In this document: positions 54,458-64,000 of the stretch, piece by piece | Layout of the letters: each line of letters begins with the position of its first letter | Numbering within the stretch: the first letter of the stretch is position 1 | Assembly (NCBI GenBank): GCA_951406725.2 | Contig: OX597830.1 | Location: 69,378,001-69,442,000, forward strand | Length of the DNA: 64,000 nucleotides | Source of the DNA: Octopus vulgaris | Lineage: Eukaryota | Direction: 5' to 3' | Program-made: the position numbers and the translations under genes | Notes under the pieces: model-generated | What the model was told of the DNA's origin: nothing | Database searches by the model: none | What the model saw: only the letters and a program-made list of their open reading frames with translations

Positions 54458-55471
54458 AACTAAACACTTTCAAACTTCAGACACTGGTAGAATGTGTCAT
54501 ATAAAACATCTTTTACTCTTAGCGTTTTTGAGAAAAGCTTATATTTAGGAAGGTGTCGTATTTCAGTAATTTCAACCAATCAATGACGTGTATTCAGCTG
54601 AATAAAATTACTGCTGTTGTTTGTCAACAAGAACTTCTGGCAGTGTATATTTCATTTGTCACTCTTATTTATGACAACCCTAACCCTAAAACCCTAACCC
54701 TAAAACCCTAACCCTATAATCCTAACCCTAAAACCCTAACCCTAAAATCCTAACCCTAAAACCCTAACCCTAAAACCTTAACCCTAACCCTAAAACCCTA
54801 ACCCTAAAACCCTAACCCTAAAACCTTAACCCTAACCCTAACCTAAAACCCTAACCCTAAAACCCTAACCCTACAATCCTAACCCTAAAACCCTAACCCT
54901 AAAACTCTAACCCTAAAACCCTAACCCTAAAACCTTAACCCTAACCCTAAAACCCTAAAACCTTAACCCTAACCCTAACCTAAAACCCTAACCCTAAAAC
55001 CCTAACCCTACAATCCTAACCCTAAAACCCTAACCCTAAAACTCTAACCCTAAAATCCTAACCCTAAAACCCTAACCCTAAAACCCAAACCCTAACCCTA
55101 CAATCCTAACCTTAAAACCCTAACCCTAAAACCCTAACCCTAAAATCCTAACCCTAAAACACTAACCCTAACACCTTAACCCTAAAACTCTAACCCTAAA
55201 ACCTGAAAGCTAAAACCTGTACAAACACACAAACAATGTCATAAAGAGCAGTGACAAACGAAAAATACACCGTCGATAGTTGCTGTTGACAAACAACGGA
55301 AGTAATTTTATTCAGCTGAATATACATCATTGATTGGTTGAAATTACCGAACTACAACTACTTTAACGTGAAATAACTTCATAAATATAAGCTTTTCTCA
55401 AAAATGCTAAGAGTAAAAGATGTTTTATATGACACATTCTACCAATGTCTGAAGTTTGAAAGTGTTTAGTT
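54458..55471. mobile_element. Long-TIR (fold-back) DNA element enclosing a telomere-like array
   Basis: 54458-54676 is the imperfect reverse complement of 55237-55471 (~220-235 bp). Confidence 0.85.
54677..55217 (+). repeat. Interstitial telomere-like array (CCCTAACCCTAAAA)n
   Basis: Alternating CCCTAA and CCCTAAAA units with variants. Confidence 0.95.
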
Positions 55472-56051
55472 ACAAAAGTGGCTGAGTTCCTTTCCAGTTT
55501 TGGGCCTCATGGAGGCAATGACTGAGACCCTTTGGCATTATGTTGTGCTTGAGAAGAAGACCCATCAAGCTGAGCAAAATCACAGTCGTAGAAGATATCG
55601 GTGTCACGCAAGTGGCACCCATGCCAGTGGCATGTAAAAGCACTCCGATGTCATGCAAATGGCAACTGTGCCAGTGGCACATAGAACCACCCATTATACT
55701 CTTGGAGTGGTTGGTGTTAGGAAGTGCATCCAGCAGTAGAAAACCATGCCAAATCAGACTGGAGTCTGGTGCAGCCTTCTAGCATGCCAACCCATGGATA
55801 ACAGACATATGATGAAGATGATGATGATGATGATGATATATAGGCAGACAGATAAATATATGCATATATAAATGCACAAACACACACGAGCGTAGTGGCT
55901 CGGCTTGGCTGAGTGATTTTACAACCACATGGTTTCATATTCAGTCCCACTGCATGGCATTTTGGTTGAGTGTCTCTACTGTAGCCCTGTGTTGACCAAA
56001 GCCTTCTGAGTGGATTTGGTAGATGGAAACTGAAAGAAAACTATCACGCGC

Positions 56052-56094
<43 letters not shown>

Positions 56095-56600
56095 TGTAAT
56101 AGAGAGGAGATTCTGGAGGTGAAACTCCATATGACACTCTAACCAGAATTAAAAGATCACTCAAAAGAATCCTTTGTTAAACTCACTATCAAACACCATA
56201 TATTGCTGAAACTGTTTATTATTGCAATAAGTCTCTCTAAATGTGTGATTGTTTCCAAGTGCAAAATACAGATGTACAAACCACAACAATAGTGAGAGGT
56301 TTTCATTTTGACAACCTTGTTTGTAGTAATGACAGACTTTGGACCACCAACAACATAAGACAATCACATTTTCATAACTTGCTCACTTTCTTGATGTATC
56401 TTCTTTTACTCTTTTACTTGTTTCAGTCATTTGACCGCAGCCATGCTGGAGCACCGCCTTTAGTCGAGCAAATCAACACCAGGATTTATTCTTTGGAAGC
56501 CTAGTACTTATTCTATCGGTCTTTTTTGCCGAACCGCTAAGTTATGGGGACATAAACACACCAACATCAGTTGTCAAGCAATGTTGGGGGGACAAACACA

Positions 56601-56642
<42 letters not shown>

Positions 56643-56911
56643 TGAAATAAGTATAAGAATGTACATTGTCCATTTTAATTAAAAGAATTCTATATGTGGC
56701 TGAAGATTGCTCGACATTTTAAAACTGATGTAATACTTACAGTGTTTAATAAAATGAAGTAGCATGAAACTATTGTACTACTCTACCTTGGATATCCTTG
56801 TTGCTTATTTTGATTATAATCACCCCATTTGATTTATATGGATAATACCATACGAAATTCTGATGTCTTTAACTTAAGTACCATATTCATCTGAATCTAA
56901 ATTTTGCTTGA

Positions 56912-56947
<36 letters not shown>

Positions 56948-57261
56948 CATATATACGATGGGGTTCTTTCAGTTTCCGTCTACCAAATTCACTCACAAGG
57001 CTTTGGTTGGCCCAAGGTGCCACACAGTGGGAATGAACCCGGAACCATGTGGTTGGTAAGAAAGCTACTTACCACACACCCACTCCTGCACCTATATTAA
57101 TGTATATTAATGTATAAAGTATGGATGAGTCAAGGAAGATTAATCTAACGATGAAAAATTTCCATAACACATTTGATTAATCATTGCATTTCAAGTGAAC
57201 TGCAGTTGCAAAATGGTCCACACCCACAGCATAGCACTTTGGGCAATTGTCTTTTACGATT

Positions 57262-57741
57262 ATCTCAGGAAGCATGGAAGTTTTGAAGGATGCAGTGCTC
57301 CGACAACTAACAACTGATGCCGGCAGTTTGTTCCATACTTCAGCAACTCTTAGTGTGAAAAAAAGGTTTCCGAAAGTCATGGGAGCTGTGCTGTTTTCTG
57401 ACTTTGTAAACATGTCCACAGGTGTTAGACAGGTGGAGTTTGAAAAGGTGCTCAGAGTTATTATTTGTAAGAGGGTTAATAATTTTATGGATGTCTGCCA
57501 AATCAGCTGCCACACGTTGGAGTTTCAATGTATCCATACCCAAGGAAGTAAGGCATTCAGAATATGACAAATACCTGATGAAGGGTGTTCTCTTGGTTGC
57601 ACGACACCGAACGGTTTCCAGACGATTAATATCCTGGGCAAGATAAGGGTTCCAGACCAGTGATGCAAATTCCAGATGAGGCCACACCATAGCTATATAA
57701 AGCCTCAGATAGATAGCCGGAGAGCAGCTCACTTTATAATC
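57262..57741 (-). mobile_element. CR1-like LINE 3' portion
   Basis: SCSPAIYLRLYIAMVWPHLEFASLVWNPY...; near-identical to 62356-63002. Confidence 0.9.
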
Positions 57742-57879
57742 AACTCTTTATACTCTTAGAATATAATGGGTTGAAACAAATCCCGCAGAGCAGTTGTTCT
57801 GATGCACTAATGGCTTATTTATTTAACAAATTGAGAATCATAATAACATACATATATACATTAAAATTCAATACATATA

Positions 57880-58080
57880 ACATAAGAATACCATTAAAAA
57901 ATCCTTAATATAGATTATTGAAATCATTAAAATCACTTAAAGCTATTTTAACTGCCTACAACCCCAATAAATTGACTTGTATGAGCACAACGAATTGCTT
58001 TTTCCAAAGATTGAAACAGCTGTGATTTTAATGATTTCAATAATTTATATTAAGGTGGTTTTTAATTGTATTCTTATCTT
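57880..58080. mobile_element. Small fold-back element bearing an HHR 3' half
   Basis: Inverted ~55-bp arms (AAGAATACCATTAAAAAATCCTTAATATAGATTATTGAAATCATTAAAATCAC and its reverse complement) with GAAACAGCTGT at 58012-58022. Confidence 0.6.
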
Positions 58081-58081
58081 A

Positions 58082-58990
58082 TCATCATCATCATCATCAT
58101 CATCATTTAGCGTCCGTTTTCCATGCTAGCATGGGTTGGACGGTTCTGCTGGGGTCTGTGAAGCCAGAAGGCTTCATCAGGCCCAGTCAAATCTGGCAGT
58201 GTTTCTACGGCTGGATGCCCTTCCTAACGCCAACCACTCCGTGAGTGTAGTGGGTGCTTACGTGCCACCCGCACTGGTGCCAGCCAGAGCTGGCAAACGG
58301 CCACGAACGGATGGTGTTTTTTATGTGCCACCGGCACGAGGGCCAGGCGAGGCTGGCAACGAACACGAAACGGGGCGGTGCTGGCAACGGTCGCGAAACG
58401 GAAGGTTCTCTTACATGCCACCGGCACTGGTAACACATCTGCAATTTCCATTGATCGATTTCCATTGATCGATTTCGATTCTGATCCTCACTTGCCTCAA
58501 TGGGTCTTCACAAGCAGAGTTTCGACATGCCACCGGCACTGGTAGCACATCAGCAATTTCCATTGATCGATTTCGATTCTGATCCTCACTTGCCTCAACA
58601 CGTCTTCACAAGTAGAGTTTTGTGTCCCAAGAAGGGAAGGTATGCATACGTAGGCTGGCTCCATCCCATGTAGAAGGCCACGGGTTGTGGACTCACTTGT
58701 CCTGCCGGGTCTTCTCGCGCACAGCACACTTCCAGAGGTCTCGGTCTCTAGTCATTTCCTCGGTGAGACCTAAAGTTCGAAGGTCGTGCTTCACCACCTC
58801 GTCCCAGGTTTTCCTGGGTCTGCCTCTTCCACAGGTTCCCTCAACCGCTAGGTGTGGCACTTTTTCACACAACTATCTTCATCCATTCTCGCCACATGAC
58901 CATACCAGCGCAAACGTCTCTCTTGCACACCACAACTGATGCTTCTTAGGTCCAGCTTTTCTCTCAAGGTACTTACACTCTGCCGAGTGT
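58082..58990 (-). mobile_element. 5'-truncated RTE LINE
   Basis: RRLRWYGHVARM...GRGRPRKTWDEVVKHDLRTL, then the 3' UTR and (GAT)n tail. Confidence 0.9.
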
Positions 58991-60933
58991 GAGTACTTAT
59001 ATGTATTGAATTTTAATGTATATATGTATGTTATTATAGTTGTCGTTTTTGTTAAATGAATAAATAAAGTCAACATTCTAATATCCAAAAGTTGATGAAC
59101 AAACTAAATTGTTTCTCCACTTTCTTATTTGTTATATAAATTAATGGTAAAATATTTCTTTACCTTCACCCATTTAATACAATAAGTAAGTAAATTGCAT
59201 TGCAATTAAAAACACTTGTGCATTAATAATTTGGATATATTATACCAACAGTATATTGGATAAGTATTATCCTTTAGTGGGTTGGATCCACAACCCCTAA
59301 CTTACTTGGTGTATGTGTATATATATATATATATATATATCAGTGTATGTGTGAATATTTATGTGTGTGTGTGTGTCTGTGTGTCTGTGTTTGTTCCTCC
59401 ACCATTACCTGACAACCGATACTGGTGTGTTTAGCAAAAGGAGACTGATCGAATAAGTACTAGGCTGACAAAGAATAAATCCTGGGGGTCGATTTCTTTG
59501 ATTAAAACCTTATAATGCACTACTCCAGCATGGCCACAGCCAGTCAATTGACTGAAACGAGTTAAAGAATAAAAGAATACCTGTGGAAAGCAATTATACC
59601 TCATGCCGCAAGAAATAGAGACAACACATCAGACACTTTTTACAAATGACAAATTTTCTTAATTTTTTTTTTTTTTTTTTTTTTGCCTATTTCATCAAAC
59701 ATCTCCTTACAGAGCAAGAATCAAATACTTTTAGTGATGGATACAAAAACGAGAGATACTGAAAAAAACCATTGCAGAATCAGAAAATATGATTTTTTTA
59801 TTTCTCTCTTTTTCTTTTTTTTTTCCCCTTTTTTACTTGTTTCAGTCATTTGACTGTGACCATGTTGGAGCACCGCCTTTAGTCGAGCAAATCGACCCCA
59901 GGAGTTATTCTTTGTAAGCCTAGTACTTATTCTATCAGTCTCTTTTGCTGAACCACTAAGGTACGGGGACATATACACACCAGCATCGGTTGTCAAGCAA
60001 TGTTGGGGGACAAACAGACACACATACATATATACGATGGGCTTCTTACAGTTTCTGTCTGCCAAATCCACTCACAAGGCTTTGGTTGGCCCGAGGCTAT
60101 AGTAGAAGTCACTTACCCAAGGTGCCATGCAGTGGAACTGAACCCAGAACCATGTGGTTGGTAAGCAAGCTACTTACCACACAACCACTCCTGCACCTAT
60201 GGTTTTTATTTATTTATTTATTTTTTATTATTATTATTATTATTATTTTTTGTAGATAATGACTTGGTAACCTTGCCAGTGCAGGTGCCACTTAAAAAGC
60301 ACTCAGTCCACCCTGTAAAAGTGGCTGACGTTTGGAAGGGCATCCAGCTGTAAAAAAAAAACCATGCCAAAACTGAACAAAGCCTTGTGAGTAGATTTGG
60401 TAGACAGAAACTGAAAGAAGCCCATCGTATGTATGTATGAGTGTGTATATGTTTGCAAAAAAGTGAGATGCTGAGTCATTTTCTGGTCCTGAAAATGAAG
60501 CTTCTTCTTTGAAAGATTTTGGAATGTGATGTTGATATGACTACGAATATTATTAGTGGTGAAGAGGCCAAACAGCATCTCTAAGCAAGTGTAAAAGTTT
60601 TCTTTTTTTGTTTTTTTTTCCTTTCCTCTTTTTAATCAATGTGTGGTTTGTGAGTCAGAATGATATAGTGTTTTAAGTTTATTTAATAAATATAAATAAA
60701 AACAGCTAAAACTAATTGAACCTGCTACTAATTGCCCACTTGAATGTCACACTTATATTACCTTAGACATCAACCAGTTGTTGCTAATTGAGAGTGATGC
60801 TGAGAAATTCCTGATGAAGAAGAATCTATTCCTGTTCATTCAATACTTCTAAAACTACATCAAAAGATCAGAATTCTCCAACCAAATATATAACTTATTT
60901 ACCCAACTCTGTCTTTCTCAATGCACACACACT

Positions 60934-60972
<39 letters not shown>

Positions 60973-61012
60973 ACACACAATCACACACACACACACACAC
61001 AATCACACACAA

Positions 61013-61086
<74 letters not shown>

Positions 61087-61467
61087 AGAGGCTTATATTA
61101 CATTACATTAAATTATATTCTATAAGCAAACTTTCCTGTATGTAAAATTAAATCTTATATGGTTTGATCTTATATCAGCTCATGAGCTGTGGCCATGCTG
61201 GGGCACTGCCATTTGGTGTTGCTACATAATTTTACTTCACTAATTCTTTTTAGAAATTGACGTTTGGTGCATGAGGGAATTTGATGCCACTGCCCTCATC
61301 TACATTTCATACTGTGAAGTTGGTTCATCTGGGACACTCGACAGTAAGAGGTCTAGTTTCGTTTTGAAAACACTTATATCCACCCTATGTAGGTCTCTCA
61401 AGTCCTTTGGGAGGATATTAAAGAGCTGTGGGCTTTTAAAGCCCAGGCTGTTGCAATATCTTGTCCC

Positions 61468-61522
<55 letters not shown>

Positions 61523-61525
<3 letters not shown>

Positions 61526-61768
61526 TGTGTACAGTGCTCAGGTGCACTACAACTCATCTAAAGTGTATATATAATCAGGTGTAGTTTCGATGGATTTCGG
61601 GAAGCATGAGGGCCTTAAAGGATGCAGTGTCATGGCAGTCAACAACTGATGCAGGCAGTTTATTCCACGCTTCAGCAACCCTGAGCGTGAAAAAATGTTT
61701 CCGAAAGTCATGGGAGCTGTGCTGTTTTCTGACTTTGTAGGCATGTCCACGTGTGTTAGACACATGGA
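61523..61768 (-). mobile_element. CR1-like LINE 3' fragment with (TTA)n tail
   Basis: SNTRGHAYKVRKQHSSHDFRKHFFTLRVAEAWNKLP. Confidence 0.88.
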
Positions 61769-62355
61769 GATCTTGATGGCAAAGCTGGATATATATGATA
61801 GTAGTTTCTCATAGTCCGAAAAACATGAATCAGCAATTTCTTGAAGAACAACTAGCACAAATAATTTGTTTATAATGATCAAATGCTTAAGCTATACATT
61901 AGTTCACATTCTTCATTTAATTAACATTGCCTGAACAGGAAGAATTGCAGAGAATATTCAGCTTAGAAATGTGAGTTTATGTAGATAGGTTCATGGGTCA
62001 ACAATAGCCTTTGTACTTGAAATATATAAAAGTTACTTAATGCTTAAACACTGTTATTTTATTTAACTTAAATCTGTTATCTTATTTTGATCTTGTTGAT
62101 AGAAATATAACTTTTAACAACTTTCAGAATAAAACCTGGTGGTTTTGTCAGGTGGAGATAAAATAAAATATAACCTTTGGAGTAAACAAAACTTTCAAAT
62201 ACATATTATTGAGTGTTTGAAAATTAAAGTTGCCAATATCTGTTGTGACAATGTGGTCTTACTTTTGCTAATATTTTCAGACAGTAAACTAGCAGAATCA
62301 TTATTGCATCAGAACAGCTGCTCTGTGGTATTTGTTTCAACCCTTTATATTCTGA

Positions 62356-63002
62356 GATTATAAAGTGAGCTGCTCTCCAGCTATCTATCTGAGGCTTTAT
62401 ATAGCTATGGTGCGACCTCACCTGGAATTTGCATCACCGGTCTGGAACCCTTATCTTGCCCAGGACATTAATTGTCTGGAATCTGTTCAGCGACGTGCAA
62501 CCAAGAGAACACCCTCCATCAGGCATTTGCCATATTCTGAACGCCTTACTTCCCTGGGCATGGATACATTGAAACTCCAACGTCTGGCAGCTGACTTGGC
62601 AGACACCCATAAAATCATTAACCATCTTACAAACAATAACTCTGAGCACCTTTTCAAACTCCATCTGTGTAACACCCGTGGACATGTTTACAAAATCAGA
62701 AAACAGCACAGCTCCCATGACTTTCGGAAACATTTTTTCACGCTAAGAGTTGTTGAAGCATGGAACAAACTGCCGGCATCAGTTGTTAGTTGTCGGAGCA
62801 CTGCATCCTTCAAAACTTCCATGCTTCCTGAGATTTGCCAACACTACACCTGATTTTCTCCCCTCCATACACACGCAAGCATGTATCTGACTCATACACT
62901 GTTCACTTTCCAGACATTTGTACATTACTGCATATGCTTTATACGCACTTTTGACAAGTTGTGGTGCACCTGAGCACTGTATACAATAATTTCATTATTA
63001 TT
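62356..63002 (+). mobile_element. CR1-like LINE 3' portion, open 162-aa C-terminus
   Basis: LY...VRPHLEFASPVWNPY...LESVQRRATK...TRGH..K...FFTLRVVEAWNKLP, followed by the 3' UTR and TTA tail. Confidence 0.92.
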
Positions 63003-63282
63003 AACTTCACTTTTCACCCTTTTGAGGGTTGATAAAATAGAATAGTCAAGTACAGTGGTTGATGGAATCGGCTATCCCTGCTTCCCTTAACATTTCTAAT
63101 CTTGTTTCACATCAAAGTTAAAATAACTGTTCATGACTTAGTTGATGTAAAACTCTGCTGTCTCTTAAGAAGGTCCCTGTTCAAAATGTTGAATTTTCCA
63201 CTTTCATGGCAAGTTCATTGTATGCTTTTTATTGATTTTACTACAGAAGTCTTGCTGATGCAGACCAACACCAGCCTCTTTC

Positions 63283-64000
63283 GAGTCTGCACCTTGAGAG
63301 AAATGTTGTACCTAAGAGGCATCAGTTGTGGTGTGCAAGAGAGACGATTGCGCTGGTATGGTCATGTGGCGAGAATGGATGAAGATAGGTGTGTGAGAAA
63401 GTGCCAATCCTTAGCAGTTGAGGGAACCCGTGGAAGAGGTAGACCCAGGAAAACCTGGGACGTGGTGGTGAAGCACGACCTTCGAACTTTAGGCCTCACT
63501 GAGGAAATGACCAGCGACCGAGACCTTTGGAAATATTCTGTACGTGAGAAGACCAGGCAGGACAAGTGAGCCCAGCCCACTTATGAATGCCTTTCCTCCC
63601 TTGGACACAAAGACCTGTTGAGGCAAGCGAAGTCGATATAGAACCTCATCCGACGACAGGCACCCATGCCAACCCCCCTTTGCTTGCGAAGACATGTTGG
63701 GGCAAGCGAAATCGAAATCGAAGTCAAAATCGAATTGAACCAGCCAGGATCCCTGGTCTGGTGGTACGTAAAAAGCACTATCCGACTTGTGGCCGATGCC
63801 AGCGCCACCTCCACTGGCTTCTGTGCCGGTGGCACGTAAAATACACCAATCTGACCGTACGACAGGCACCCATGCCAACCCCCTTGCTTGCGAAGACATG
63901 TTGGGGCAAGCGAAATCGAATCGAACCAGCCAGGTTCCCTGGTCTGGTGGTACGTAAAAAGCACTATCCGACTCGTGGCCGATGCCAGTGCCGCCCCACT
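63283..64000 (+). mobile_element. RTE LINE C-terminus and repeat-rich 3' UTR (runs off window)
   Basis: VQERRLRWYGHVARMDEDRCVRKC...GTRGRGRPRKTW. Confidence 0.92.

Noticed and set aside
54677-55217. True chromosome end or fusion site
   Set aside because: Array is internal, single-orientation, non-canonical in unit and enclosed by inverted arms.
60470-62363. Possible plus-strand exons of a second gene
   Set aside because: Short open stretches with no recognisable domain and inconsistent splice phases.

Overview
Eukaryotic, AT-rich and repeat-saturated DNA. The SINE/LINE/microsatellite repertoire strongly suggests an Octopus genome (inference from recalled repeat families). The only host gene I can support is a minus-strand UDP-glucose pyrophosphorylase (UGP2/UGPase). 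It has three phase-0 coding exons (17008-17130, 6613-6720, 3129-3311), continues off the left edge, and its first exon was not located with certainty. Everything else is mobile DNA: several tRNA-headed SINE families, RTE and CR1-like LINE fragments, Helitrons, piggyBac/mariner/pogo MITEs and a Penelope GIY-YIG remnant. Almost all listed ORFs are microsatellite or repeat artefacts. The most striking signal is a set of type I hammerhead-ribozyme (HHR) motifs with palindromic helix III in Penelope-like fold-back elements. These include a 4.7-kb element with 1.1-kb inverted arms each ending in an HHR, an HHR split by a Helitron, and palindromes fused exactly at the HHR helix-III loop. Also notable are a pre-tRNA-Glu/RTE-3'-end chimeric retrocopy and a long-TIR element carrying a telomere-like array.
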